Source: Spirochaetia bacterium (lineage in GTDB: Bacteria; Spirochaetota; Spirochaetia; SZUA-6; Bin103). From it: a DNA stretch of 64,000 nt. Positions 39,126-49,829 of this stretch are shown here, one piece after another. The first letter of the stretch is position 1. Each line of letters opens with the position of its first letter. Position numbers and translations under genes: made by a program. The DNA is taken from the NCBI GenBank assembly GCA_965199955.1, contig CBDATQ010000001.1, positions 1,504,001 to 1,568,000 on the forward strand. Reading direction: 5' to 3'. The notes below the pieces were generated by a model that made no database searches, was not told the origin of the DNA, and was given only the letters and a program-made list of their open reading frames with translations.

Positions 39126-39735
39126 CTAGTGGACTGTAACGATCATTCATGGATGTGTCGTGACGGATCAACGTAATGCCACTTCACGACCCGCGGATTC
39201 TTGTTGTATTCGCGGATGTATCGCATCAGCTTGCTCTTCAGATCCGCCACCGAACTGAACACTCCGCGGGTGATCACGTCGCGCGAGATCTTCGCAAACC
39301 ACAGCTCCACCTGGTTCAGCCACGATGAGTAGGTCGGCGTGAAATGCAGCCGCACCATCGGATGGTCGCTGAGAAACTCCTGCACTCGCTTCGTCTTGTG
39401 CGCCGACAGGTTGTCGGCGATCACGTGAATCTCCTGACCGGCCGGCTGATGCGCCACGATCTCGCGCAGAAACGCCACAAACTGCTCCGAGGTGTGCCGC
39501 GTGGCGGTCTTGCCGAGCACCTGGCCGGTCTTCGTATTGAACGCCGCGTACAGCGCCAGCGTGCCGTGCCGGTAGTACTCGAACCCGTGCCGTTCGGCCC
39601 GACCCGGCGACAGCGGCAGCACCGGGACGTTGCGGTCGAGCGCTTGAATCGCCGTCTTCTCGTCCACGCAGAACACCGCCGCGTGCGCCGGCGGGTTCAG
39701 GTACAGCCCGATGATGTCGGCCGCCTTCTGCTCTA
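39126..39735 (-). mobile_element. IS630-family 3' half
   Basis: VDEKTAIQAL, YYRHGT, IADNLSAHK, HFTPTYSSWLNQVELWF; CTAG terminus at 39126-39129. Confidence 0.88.
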
Positions 39736-40020
39736 AGTCCGAACCGCCGACGCAGCGGCCGACCAAATCGAGCAGTTCGGGATGTTGATCGAGCAACAGG
39801 GACGCCAGTTCCAGTTCGTCGGCGACGGTATGGTCAATCTGCGGCGCCTGGAATACCCTTGGTTGTTCGGTGCGTGTCGTGCGCATTGGGCTCTCCGGGG
39901 TGTTTCGGTTGTTTCGTGGATTTGCACCAAGCGATGATAACCGAAACACCCTTTCTTCAACCCACCAAAACCATCAATTCACGCCTGATCAACGACTTGT
40001 GAGTTTGCGGACAGGAACGA
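39736..40020 (-). mobile_element. 5' remnant of another transposase (ISNCY/IS5-like), fused in frame to the IS630 half
   Basis: MRTTRTEQPRVFQ...H...ELE..S..LDQHPELL is not IS630-like. Confidence 0.5.
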
Positions 40021-40034
40021 GTGTGTTGCGTTAG

Positions 40035-42029
40035 GCCGAAGTTCCAGAGCGTGAATCTCTCGTAATTTCATTGACAGAAAATTAGTTGAAAGGTGATCTG
40101 CGTGCTGATTGGCGTCGTTTCGTGTCCATGCAGATGGTGGTGAATAGCGGCGAGATACATGCTATTTGATCTTGACATATCGTGATTTGTGTGCATGCTG
40201 TTGCCACAGATCGGTAGTCATGTACATCGAGTCTGTCCCCAACCGCTCCTCTCCCCCTGCCATCCTGCTCCGCGAGTCCTACCGCGAGCACGGCAAGGTC
40301 AAGAAGCGCACGCTCGCGAACCTCTCCAAATGGCCCCCTGATCTGGTCGACGGCTTGCGCACCCTGCTCAAGGGCGGCCACGCCTTCGCCTCGGTCTCGG
40401 ATGCGTTGCTGCTCACGCGCTCGCTGCCCCACGGCCACGTCGCCGCCGTGCTGGGCATCCTCAAGCAGCTCGGACTCCATACCCTCATCGCCCGCAAGGC
40501 CAGCCGCTCGCGCGAGCTGATCATCGCCATGATCACCGCCCGCGTCATCGACGCGCAGTCCAAACTGGCCACCGCCCGCGCGCTGTCACCGCCCAGCGCC
40601 GTGTCCACCCTGGGCGAGTCGCTGCGGCTGGGGGAGGTCGATGAGAACGAGCTCTATGAGGCGATGGACTGGTTGGTCGGGCGCCAGTCGGCGATCGAGG
40701 ATCGCCTGGCTGAACAGCACCTCAGCGAGCACACGCTGGTGCTCTACGACCTGAGCTCGACCTACTTCGAGGGCAGCCACTGCGAGCTGGCGCAGTTGGG
40801 ACACAGCCGTGACGGCAAGTCGGGCACGCTGCAGATCGTGTTCGGGCTGCTGTGCACCCAGGAAGGCTGTCCGGTGGCGGTGGAGGTATTCCCTGGCTCT
40901 ACCGCCGACCCGAAGACGGTGAGCGCGCAGGTGGACAAGATCCGCACCCGCTTCGGACTCACGCGGGTGGTGCTGGTCGGCGACCGCGGGATGCTGAGCG
41001 CGGCGAGGATCCGCGAGGATCTGCAAGAGGTGGAGGGGCTGCGCTGGATCACCACGCTGCGCGCGCCGACGATCCGCAAGCTGGTGGCCGCCGGCGAGGT
41101 GGCGCCGTCGTTGTTCGACGAGCGCGACCTGGCCGAGATCACCAGCGAGGAGTTTCCGGGCGAGCGGCTGATCGTGTGCCGCAACCCGTTGCTGGCCGAC
41201 GAACGGGAGCGCAAGCGCCAGGAGCTGCTACAGGCCACCGAGCAGAAGCTGGCCCCGATCGCTCAGGCCACCCAGCGCGTCCATCAGCCGCTACGGGGCG
41301 AGGCCGAGATCGGCATGCGGGTCGGCAAGGTGATCAATCACTACAAGGTGGGCAAGCACTTCGTGACCGAGATCACCTCCGAGTCGTTCAGCTTTCGGCG
41401 CGATGAGCACAAGATCGCCGCCGAGCAGGCGCTGGACGGGCTGTACATCGTGCGCAGCAACGTGGAGCCGCAGGTGCTCGACGCGGCGCAGACGGTGCGC
41501 GCCTACAAGGGGCTGTCGAAGGTGGAGCGGGCGTTTCGGTGCATGAAGTCCGTGGACCTGAAGGTGCGCCCGATTCACCACCGGCGCGCCGATCGGGTGC
41601 GGGCGCACGTGCTGCTGTGCATGCTGGCCTACTACGTGGAGTGGCACATGCGGCGCTCGCTGGCGCCGTTGCTGTTCGACGATCACGATCGACAGGGCGC
41701 CGAGCGCAAGCGGGTCTCCGAAGTGGCGCCGGCGCAGCGATCGGCGGCCGCGGCGGCCAAGGCGTCGAGCAAGCGCACCGAGGACGGGTTGCCGGTGCAC
41801 AGCTTTCGCACGCTGATCACTGAACTGGGCACGCTGACGGCGAACACGATGCAGGTTGCAGAGGGCGGCAGCACGTTCACGCTGCACACGCACCCGACGC
41901 CGGTTCAGCAGCGCTGTTTCGAGCTGCTTGGGGTCACGCCCCGCATGTAGCCATGCACAGGAACCTGCACCATTGAGAAACTACCCTGACCACAAGGACT
42001 TCAGGCAATTTCGCTCCTGGAACTTCGGC
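40035..42029 (+). mobile_element. IS1634-family element, copy 2, apparently intact
   Basis: Perfect 13-bp IR GCCGAAGTTCCAG, flanked by TTAG at 40031-40034 and 42030-42033. Confidence 0.93.
40220..41950 (+). CDS. IS1634 family transposase
   Basis: MYIESVPNRSSPPAILLRES, YDLSSTYFEG, GDRGM, VERAFR, VRPIHH, HVLLCMLAY. Confidence 0.93.
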   Translation: MYIESVPNRSSPPAILLRESYREHGKVKKRTLANLSKWPPDLVDGLRTLLKGGHAFASVSDALLLTRSLPHGHVAAVLGILKQLGLHTLIARKASRSRELIIAMITARVIDAQSKLATARALSPPSAVSTLGESLRLGEVDENELYEAMDWLVGRQSAIEDRLAEQHLSEHTLVLYDLSSTYFEGSHCELAQLGHSRDGKSGTLQIVFGLLCTQEGCPVAVEVFPGSTADPKTVSAQVDKIRTRFGLTRVVLVGDRGMLSAARIREDLQEVEGLRWITTLRAPTIRKLVAAGEVAPSLFDERDLAEITSEEFPGERLIVCRNPLLADERERKRQELLQATEQKLAPIAQATQRVHQPLRGEAEIGMRVGKVINHYKVGKHFVTEITSESFSFRRDEHKIAAEQALDGLYIVRSNVEPQVLDAAQTVRAYKGLSKVERAFRCMKSVDLKVRPIHHRRADRVRAHVLLCMLAYYVEWHMRRSLAPLLFDDHDRQGAERKRVSEVAPAQRSAAAAAKASSKRTEDGLPVHSFRTLITELGTLTANTMQVAEGGSTFTLHTHPTPVQQRCFELLGVTPRM

Positions 42030-42060
42030 TTAGGAGTCGTCGAGAAGACGAATCAGAAGT

Positions 42061-42476
42061 ATGCTGTCTTATCCAATCACGTTGGAAACATGACGACGGG
42101 CCGTGATCGTTACGCCCCCGGACTTTCCAGAACTCACGACGTTCGGGGACGATCGAGCGGAGGCGCTTGAGCGCGCGGTCGGGTCGCTCGAAGAAGCGGT
42201 CGCCGCGCGCATCTACGCTCGACAGGACATTCCGGAACCATCGCACGGCAAGGTTCGTGCCTCGCTGCCGACCCTCACCGCTGTCAAGGTGATCCTGTAC
42301 CGGGGGATGCGGAGCCAGGGTATCGGCAAGGCCGAATTGGCCCGGCGTCTCGGGTGGCACCTGCCGCAGGTCGATCGTGTCCTGGACGTGAACCACCATT
42401 CTCGGCTCGACCAGATGGATCTGGCTCTGGGCCCATCGGGCTACGCCTGGAAGTGAAGTCGAAAGAAGCGGCGTAG
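42061..42476 (+). pseudogene. hicB: HicB antitoxin, frameshifted; hicA missing
   Basis: MLSYPITLE then VTPPDFPELTTFGD...EAL, HTH KAELARRLGW..PQVDR. Confidence 0.8.
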
Positions 42477-42524
42477 TCTGTCGGTGGCGGCCGGGCGGTC
42501 GCAGGTGACATGATGCGGCCAACC

Positions 42525-43328
42525 ATGATCAAGCTATCAGCGAATACCGTTCTCTTCGGCCGGTCCGGATTCGCGACCGCGGCGCGGGTGCTGTCGGCGG
42601 CCGGCTACGACGGGGTCGAGGTCGCGGCCCTTGCCGGCATGTGCGAGCACCTGGAACTGTCGAACTGGCGCGCGCAGGCGGCCGAGCTGCGCACCATCCT
42701 GGACGACCACGGCCTGCAGGCGCTGGCGATGGAGGAGTCCGCCCTCGACGAGGAGCGCCTGCGCCAGGCGTTCGAGGCCGCCGCCGAGATCGGCATCCCA
42801 GCGGTGTGCATCGGCTCCGGCGGCAAGACCGGGGACGAGGACGCGCTCAAGTCCGCCGTGGAGCGAATCGCCACGCTGTCCGACGAGGCTCACGCCCACG
42901 GGGTCACCCTCTGCCTGAAGGCGCACGTGGGCAGCGCCGTGCACGACACGCCGACCACGCTGGCCGTCATGGAGGCGATCGATTCGCCCGGGTTCGGCGT
43001 CAACATGGACCCCAGCCACATCCACCGCGCGGGCGAGGACGTGGTGGAGGCGCTCCGCGCCGTGGTCGGCCGCGTGCGGCACGTGCACATCCGCGACTGT
43101 CCGTCGCGGGAGCCCTCGCCCGGACCACCCTCGCAACAGGCGTGCGGCCGCGGCCAGATCGACCTGGCCGGCTACTGCGGCGTGCTCGCGGAGGCCGGCT
43201 ACGACGGCGCGCTCAGCCTGGAGGTGATCGGCGCACAGACGTGGGACGATCCGGCCGCCAGCGCCGTCATCGCCGCGGAGAGCGCCGGCTACCTCAACGC
43301 CTGCCTCAAGGCCCTGGGGGCACGCTGA
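42525..43328 (+). CDS. Sugar phosphate isomerase/epimerase (xylose isomerase-like TIM barrel)
   Basis: GYDGVE, NMDPSH, HVHIRD, GYDGALSLE. Confidence 0.88.
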   Translation: MIKLSANTVLFGRSGFATAARVLSAAGYDGVEVAALAGMCEHLELSNWRAQAAELRTILDDHGLQALAMEESALDEERLRQAFEAAAEIGIPAVCIGSGGKTGDEDALKSAVERIATLSDEAHAHGVTLCLKAHVGSAVHDTPTTLAVMEAIDSPGFGVNMDPSHIHRAGEDVVEALRAVVGRVRHVHIRDCPSREPSPGPPSQQACGRGQIDLAGYCGVLAEAGYDGALSLEVIGAQTWDDPAASAVIAAESAGYLNACLKALGAR

Positions 43329-44743
43329 TGGCAGCGACTCCCCGCACAGGCCGGCTCAACCTGCTGCTGATCGCGATCGACAGCCTGCGGCGCGACCGCA
43401 TGAGCCTGTACGGCTACCATCGCCTGACCACCCCGCACATCGCCCGCTTTGCCGAACAGGCGACCATGTTCCGGCATCCGTTCAGTCCCAGCGTGCCGAC
43501 CACGCCGGCCTACTCGTCGATGCTCACCGGGCGCGACTGCTTCGGCACCGGCGTGGTGGGGCTGCGCCACAAGGGCGACGTGGCAGCGCCGATGCTGCCG
43601 ACGATCCTGGAACAGGCCGGCTACTCGACCTGCTGCGTCGGATTCCCCGGCAATCCGGCATCGCGCGGCTTCCAGACCTACCTGGAGTACGACGGCTGGG
43701 GCGACGAGCCCGGCAGCATGCCCAAGGCGCACGCCCTCAACGAGGTCACCATCCCGTACCTGCGCACGGTGGCCGGCAGCGGCGATCCGTTCTTCCTGTT
43801 CCTGCGGCACATGGACCCGCACAGCCCGTACCTGCCGCCGGCGCCCTTCGACCGCCTCTTCTACGAGGGAGACGAGCTCGACCCGTCCAACCACTCGCTG
43901 GACGGTCTGTACGCGTTCGCGCCGTTCGCCGACTACTTCAGCTCCTGGTTTCCGGGCAAGGTTACCGACGCCGCGTTCGTCAACAGCCTCTACGACGGGG
44001 CGGTGGCCTACATGGACGCGGCGATCGGCCGGCTGTTCACGGTCCTCGACGAGCTCGGCCTGGCCGAGGATACGGTGGTGGTCCTCACCGCCGATCATGG
44101 CGAGACCCTTGACGAGCACGAGTGCTGGTACGACCACCACGGCCTGTACGACCCGAACCTGGTGGTGCCGCTGATCATCCGCGCTCCCGGACAGGTGCCC
44201 GCCGGCGCGCGGATCGACCCTTGGGTGCAGACCAAGGACATGACGCCGACGATGCTGGAGCTCTTGGGCGTCGATCCGGGGCTGGAGTTCGACGGCCGCA
44301 GCCTGGTGCCGCTGGCGCGGGGCGAGGCGTTCGTCCCGGAGACGGAGCTCTGCCTGACCGAGGCGACCTGGATGCGCAAGCACGGCTGGCGCACGCCGGA
44401 GTGGAAGCTCATCCACGCCCTGGAGCCCGACTTCCACTTCAAGCCGGAGGTGGAACTGTACAACCTGGCGCGCGATCCGGAGGAGCTGGACAACCTGGCC
44501 GAGCGGGAGCCGGACGTGGTCGCCCTGCTGGAGGAGCGGATGGCCGCCCACGTCGAGCGGCGCGAGGCGCAGACGGGCCGGCGCAACCCGATGTTCACCC
44601 AGCTCGGCTGGCACGGCACCGGCGATGCGCCGTTCGCGTCCTCGGAGGAGGCTTACGAAAAGCTCCACATCGGCAGCCGCAAGCAGGCGCAGCGCCTGCA
44701 GGCACATCTCGCCGAAGAGAACTCGGAGGAGTCCTCGCCATGA
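43328..44743 (+). CDS. Sulfatase-like hydrolase (alkaline phosphatase superfamily), non-canonical active site
   Basis: IDSLRRD, PTTPAYSSMLTG, DPHSPY, TADHGE, DHHGLY, ELYNL..DP.E. Confidence 0.88.
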   Translation: MAATPRTGRLNLLLIAIDSLRRDRMSLYGYHRLTTPHIARFAEQATMFRHPFSPSVPTTPAYSSMLTGRDCFGTGVVGLRHKGDVAAPMLPTILEQAGYSTCCVGFPGNPASRGFQTYLEYDGWGDEPGSMPKAHALNEVTIPYLRTVAGSGDPFFLFLRHMDPHSPYLPPAPFDRLFYEGDELDPSNHSLDGLYAFAPFADYFSSWFPGKVTDAAFVNSLYDGAVAYMDAAIGRLFTVLDELGLAEDTVVVLTADHGETLDEHECWYDHHGLYDPNLVVPLIIRAPGQVPAGARIDPWVQTKDMTPTMLELLGVDPGLEFDGRSLVPLARGEAFVPETELCLTEATWMRKHGWRTPEWKLIHALEPDFHFKPEVELYNLARDPEELDNLAEREPDVVALLEERMAAHVERREAQTGRRNPMFTQLGWHGTGDAPFASSEEAYEKLHIGSRKQAQRLQAHLAEENSEESSP

Positions 44744-45774
44744 CCACCTGCAAGAGACCCATCCTCTACGGACCCGGCGACCTGCGCATGGAGGAGGACA
44801 CCCTCGACACCGACAACCTGGCGCCGGACGAGGTGTGGGTGCAGACCACGATCAGCGCCCTGAAGATCGGCACCGACCGCGGCAATTACGAGGGCGCCGA
44901 GCGGGTCCCCGGCGCGCCCGACTACCCGCGAGGGGTCGGCGACAGCAACCTCGGCGTCGTGCGCGGGGTGGGGAGCGCGGTGAAGCACCTGGCGGTCGGC
45001 GACCGGGTGATCTCCGGCACCTGGCACCAGTCGATGTACATCATGCAAGCGGGAGAGGATCCAGCGAAGGTCCCGGACGGCGTCGATCCCGAGGATGCCG
45101 TGTACGGCAACCTGTATGCGCTGAGCGCGCTCTGCTACCACAAGGCGCTGTTCCGTCCGGGAGAGACCGTGGCGGTGGTCGGCCTGGGCACGCTGGGGCT
45201 GGGCGCGGTGGCGCTGGGGCCGCTGTTCGGCGCGCGCACGGTGGCGCTTGGCAACAGCGACATCCGCCTGCGGGCGGCGCGCACCATGGGCGCGCACGAG
45301 GCGCTCATGTCCGACGATCCGGAGTTGCACGCCAAGCTTGACCGCTTCAGCAGCGGGCGCGGCATCGACCTGGTGATCCTGACCGCCAATCCGTGGCCGG
45401 CCTACCGGACTTCGCTGGAGATCGTGCGCCGGGACGGCCGGGTGGCGATCGTCAGCCTGCTCGGCCGTGGCGAGGAGGACCTGGACTTCAACCCGCTTGC
45501 GATGCCGCTCTTCTACGATAAGGCGGTGACGCTGATCGCCGTCTCGGGCGGCGACCCCAGCCTGTATCCCCGTCCCGCGGAGCTGTCCGGAGTGGCCGCC
45601 GGCACGCGCCACCACCGGCCGCACGTGCTGCAGCTCATGGCCGACGGGGTGCTCAAGCCCAGCAAGCTGATCACCCACCGGCTCCACTACACCGAGATGC
45701 AGCAGGCGTACGACATGGCATTCAAGCGGGACAAGACGATGATGAACGTCGTCTTCGACTGGAGCGACGCGTAG
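44740..45774 (+). CDS. MDR/zinc-binding dehydrogenase-like oxidoreductase
   Basis: VVGLGTLG, RGIDLVI, LITHR; ATGA coupling. Confidence 0.82.
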   Translation: MTTCKRPILYGPGDLRMEEDTLDTDNLAPDEVWVQTTISALKIGTDRGNYEGAERVPGAPDYPRGVGDSNLGVVRGVGSAVKHLAVGDRVISGTWHQSMYIMQAGEDPAKVPDGVDPEDAVYGNLYALSALCYHKALFRPGETVAVVGLGTLGLGAVALGPLFGARTVALGNSDIRLRAARTMGAHEALMSDDPELHAKLDRFSSGRGIDLVILTANPWPAYRTSLEIVRRDGRVAIVSLLGRGEEDLDFNPLAMPLFYDKAVTLIAVSGGDPSLYPRPAELSGVAAGTRHHRPHVLQLMADGVLKPSKLITHRLHYTEMQQAYDMAFKRDKTMMNVVFDWSDA

Positions 45775-45776
45775 CC

Positions 45777-46907
45777 GTGCTGATCTTCGACGGAGACTAC
45801 CCGGCCTGCGTGGCGGTGCGGCTCAACGCCGACCTTACGCAGCCGATCCAGGCGGTTCGCGCCGCACCTCCGGCCGGCATGGCCAGCGAGGATCCCCGCT
45901 ACCAGTCGAATCTCATGGCGTCCGTCCCCGAGCAGCGCCGCGCCGGCGTCGCCGCCTTCATCGGCAAGCTGAACGCGCGCGTCCACCGCCCGGGGGCACA
46001 GCTCTGGGGCCACCGCTCGGGTGAGCTGGCCTATGCGGAGGCGTGGGGCCAGTTCTCCGTCTACCGGATCATGGCGCGGCGCGGGCACTACCGCATCCTG
46101 GCCACGGCGGCGGAGCTGACCGATCACATGCGCGGCTGGGAGGAGGCCGAGCGCGCCGGAGCGGGTTTCGACGGCCTGCCGGTGGGCGTGATCATCGGGC
46201 TGGAAGGCGCGGACCCGATCCTGGACACCGAGTCCCTGGAGGAGTTCCACGCCGCCGGCCTGCGCATCGTCAGCCTCACTCACTACGACACCAGCGCGTA
46301 CGGGCACGGCACCGGCACGGGGATCGACGGCGGGCTGTTTCCGCCGGCGGACCGGCTGTTTGCCGACATGAGCCGGCTGGGCATCGTGCTGGACGCCACG
46401 CACGCCTCCGACGCCACCATCACGCAGGCGCTCGACCGGTTCGACGGGCCCGTGATCGCCACGCACCAGAACTGCCGGGCGCTCGTTCCCGGCGAGCGGC
46501 AGTTCCCGGACGAGACTCTGCGCGCGATCATCGAGCGCGACGGCGTGATCGGCGTGTCGATGGACACCGCCATGCTGTACCGCGGCGGCATCGACTGGGC
46601 CGACGTGGTCGGGCTGCAGCGGCCGTTCGGCAAGAAGGACGTCACGCTCGAAGACCTGGCCGACCACGTCGATCACATCTGCCAGCTCGCCGGTGACGTC
46701 CGCCACGCCGGCATCGGCGGCGACACCGACGGCCAGGGAGGTCGCACCGGCGCACCCGCGGAGATCGACACCGTGGTCGACTACGGCCGGCTGGCCGACG
46801 TGCTGGCCCGCCGCGGTTACGGCGACGACCAGGTCACCGATGTCATGTACCGCAACTGGGTCAGGTTCTTTTCCCGGCATCTTGACGGCGGGCACCTTGA
46901 CGGCTGA
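45777..46907 (+). CDS. Membrane dipeptidase (peptidase M19) family
   Basis: LEGADPI, GLRIVSLTH, LDATH, ATHQNCR, HVDHICQL, GIGGDTDG. Confidence 0.85.
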   Translation: MLIFDGDYPACVAVRLNADLTQPIQAVRAAPPAGMASEDPRYQSNLMASVPEQRRAGVAAFIGKLNARVHRPGAQLWGHRSGELAYAEAWGQFSVYRIMARRGHYRILATAAELTDHMRGWEEAERAGAGFDGLPVGVIIGLEGADPILDTESLEEFHAAGLRIVSLTHYDTSAYGHGTGTGIDGGLFPPADRLFADMSRLGIVLDATHASDATITQALDRFDGPVIATHQNCRALVPGERQFPDETLRAIIERDGVIGVSMDTAMLYRGGIDWADVVGLQRPFGKKDVTLEDLADHVDHICQLAGDVRHAGIGGDTDGQGGRTGAPAEIDTVVDYGRLADVLARRGYGDDQVTDVMYRNWVRFFSRHLDGGHLDG

Positions 46908-46956
46908 GCCGGTCGGCGCCATGGGCTGCTGAGGACGACGACAGGGCCGGCCTTCC

Positions 46957-47440
46957 ATGGACAAGCCGACGGTGGGAGCTGCTTGCCCGGGCCATCCGCG
47001 ACAGCGGCACTCCAGCCGGGCCGCGGTCACTGCTGTCATTCGTCGGCGCCCTGAGTCCGTTCACCTCCTCCCTGATCACCCTGCTCGCTCGCGGCGGCCG
47101 GCCGATGCTCCTGTACGACGATATCCGCCCGGAGCGGCGGGAGGTCGTCGTCGGCGCGTATCTGCGCGGCGCCTACCTGCTCGACCCGTTCTACGACTAT
47201 CTGCTCGCCGGCCCGCGCGAGCGCGTGGTGCCCCTGCAGGACATCCAGCCAGACCACTTCCGCAAGTCCCGGTACTTCTCCAGCTACTACGCGGACGTCG
47301 GTCTGGCGGACGAGATCGGCATGTTCGCGACGCGAAGAGACGGGTCGCACATCTTCGCATCGATCGGCCGAGCCTACGGCATGGAGGCGTTCTCGAAGAA
47401 GGGCATCGATCGACTCCTCCACTTCCAGCCGGTGAGCGAC
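46957..47440 (+). pseudogene. LuxR-type regulator sensor domain, HTH lost
   Basis: [12 protein letters not shown]...[14 protein letters not shown]...GLADE; 5' frameshift; collides with a truncated permease on the opposite strand. Confidence 0.6.
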
Positions 47441-47803
47441 GAACAGAGCAGCAGGGACAGGCCCGTGAGCACCTCCGGCATGACCAGCGGTGTCGACGTC
47501 ATGCCCGAACAGCAGGCGCCCGCGGAAGCGGCCCATCCGAGCGAGCGCCAGGCCGGCGAGCGTGCCGAGCGCCACGGCGACGGTCGCGTTCATGACCGCG
47601 ATCCGCAGGCTCAGCCACGCCGCGTGCAGGATCTGGTCGTCGCGCAAGAGCTCCCCGTACCACTTGGCCGAGAATCCGCCCCAGACCGTGACCAGCTTCG
47701 ACGCGTTGAAGGAGTAGGCGATGAGCGAGGCGATCGGCAGATAGAGGAACGCGAAGCCCAGCGCCATCGCGGCCGTGACGAAGAGGGAGCGTCCGGGGTT
47801 CAT
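47440..47803 (-). pseudogene. potI: Putrescine ABC permease, truncated
   Basis: [32 protein letters not shown]; frameshift near 47500. Confidence 0.8.
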
Positions 47804-48232
47804 GCTCCCTCCTGGTTCGCGCGGAGTCTCTGGAACACGGTGATCGGAATCACCAGCAGAAAGAGCGCGGCGATGGCGACCGCGGATGCGACCGGCCAGT
47901 CGCGGTTGGCGAAGAACTCGTCCCAGAGTACCCGGCCGATCATCAGGGTGTCGGGGCCGCCGAGCAGCGCCGGAATCACGAACTCGCCCACCGCCGGGAT
48001 GAACACCAGCAGGGAACCGGCGACGACGCCGGGGACCGAGAGGGGCAGGGTGACGGTGATGAACGCCTTGAGCCGGGCGGCACCCGAGGTCGCCGCGGCT
48101 TCCAGGAGCGTGTGGTCCAACCGCGCAAGCCTCGCGAAGACCGGCAGGATCATGAACGGCAGGTAGGCGTAGACGATGCCGACATACACCGCGAAGTCGG
48201 TCTGCATCATCGTGATAGGCTCGTCGATGACG
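47800..48232 (-). pseudogene. potH: Putrescine ABC permease, C-terminal fragment
   Basis: [40 protein letters not shown]. Confidence 0.82.
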
Positions 48233-48390
48233 CTCCAGTGCGGCCAGCGGCTCGTCGAGCAGCAGCAGCTTCGGGTGCTTGACCAGCGCACGGGCCAGCG
48301 CGACGCGTTGCCGCTGTTCTCCCGAGAGCTGATGCGGCCTGTGTCTCGACAACGGGCCGAGCTTGACGAGATCGAGCATGTCGCGGACGA
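48233..48390 (-). pseudogene. potG: Polyamine ABC ATPase, internal fragment
   Basis: [18 protein letters not shown]...[10 protein letters not shown]; no Walker A. Confidence 0.75.
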
Positions 48391-48394
48391 GCCG

Positions 48395-49487
48395 TCACCG
48401 CGCGGTTTTCACCCTGGTCCATGCCCGCGTCAGCAGCCGCGTGAACGCGGGCGAGTCCGCGAGATCGGCGAACAGGTTCTCCTTGACCGCGTCCGACGGA
48501 TAGATCGACGGATCGGACTTCACCTCGTCGTCCACGTACGGGAGCGAAGCGCTGTTGGCGTTCGCGTAGAACACGTAGTTGGAGATCGCGGCAGCCACCT
48601 CCGCCTCCATCATGTAGTCCAGGAACAGGTGCGCGTTCTCCGGGTGCGGCGCGTCGCTGGGGATGGCCAGGTTGTCGAACCAGATGACCGCTCCTTCGCT
48701 GGGAATGGTATAGGCGATTTCGACGCCTTGGCCGGCCTCCATGGCGCGGTCGCGCGCGATCAGCATGTCGCCGCTCCAGCCCATGGCCACGCAGATCTCG
48801 CCGTTGGCCAGGTCGTTGATATTCTGCGACGAGTGGAAATATCGGATGTGGGGACGGATCTTCAACAGGTGTTCCTCGAACAGCTCGACGTCCTCCGCGC
48901 TCTCGCTGTTCGGATCGCGGCCGAGATAGCCCATCAGATTGGCGAACACTTCGGTCGGTGCGTCCAGCAGCGTCACGCCGCAATCCGCAAGCTCCGCGAC
49001 CACGTCGGGATCGAAGAGCATGCGCCAACTGCCGGTTGGGGCTTCGCTCATGACCGACTCGACCTTGCTGACGTTGTAGCCGAAGCCGGTCGTCCCCCAC
49101 ATGTACGGGACCGCGTGGTCGTTGCCGGGATCGTGGGCGGCAACGCGCTCCAGGATGGTCGCATTCAGGTTCCCGTAGTTGCTCAGCCTGCTCTTGTCCA
49201 GCCTGGCGAAGACGCCGGCCGTGATCTGCCGCTCCAGGAAGCTGGCTGTCGGAACCACCACGTCGTAGCCGCTGTTGCCGGCCAGCAGCTTTGCCTCCAA
49301 CACCTCGTTCGAGTCGAACACGTCGTAGTTCACCTTGATCCCGGTCCGATCCTCGAAGTTGGAGATCGTGTCCTCGGCGATGTACATCCGACCAGTTGTA
49401 GACGTTCAGGACCATCTCTTGCGCGGTAGCCACGCCGGCCGCCACCAGAATGATCGCCGCGCATCCCGTCCATAACGTTCTGAGCAT
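48395..49487 (-). pseudogene. potF: Putrescine-binding protein, frameshift after LNVYNWSD
   Basis: Signal peptide and VYNWSD are out of frame with YIAEDT...YDVFDSNE, GYDVVVP, PYMWGTTG, GWSGD. Confidence 0.88.
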
Positions 49488-49579
49488 GTCATCGCCCTCC
49501 CGTGTCCTGGTTTCTCATGGCACCCTCGCGCCATGAATATGCATGACCGGACGCTACCAGACGCCGAAAGCGGTGGTCA

Positions 49580-49629
49580 ATATTTCTTTGGGGATAATTC
49601 CGTCTGCATCGATGTCCCCAAGGGGATAT
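49580..49629. promoter_or_regulatory. Two related imperfect palindromes, candidate operators
   Basis: ATGTCCCCAAGGGGATAT (49612-49629) and ATATTTCTTTGGGGATAA (49580-49597), between divergent genes. Confidence 0.45.
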
Positions 49630-49829
49630 TCACGGCAACGCACAGCATCGTTTAGCGTGGTGGGAGGCAGCCATGCTCGCAGAACATCGTGACGCGGCAG
49701 ACCTTCACAGGACGGATCTGGAGCACTGCGTCCATCCCTGGTCGCCGACCTGACGCGTCGGGGAGTCCCGTTTGCCGCGTAGCTGATGGCGCACGCACAC
49801 GCGCTGAGGAGTCGTGCGAGGATCGCCCC

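Noticed and set aside
42641..43327. N-terminal extensions giving apparent fusions (700 aa sulfatase ORF; similarly the 733 aa, 688 aa and 330 aa ORFs)
   Set aside because: The extensions overlap genuine upstream genes; true starts lie at coupled ATG/GTG codons.
47036..48379. 447 aa ATPase-permease fusion
   Set aside because: Patchwork of potG, out-of-frame potH and potI debris.
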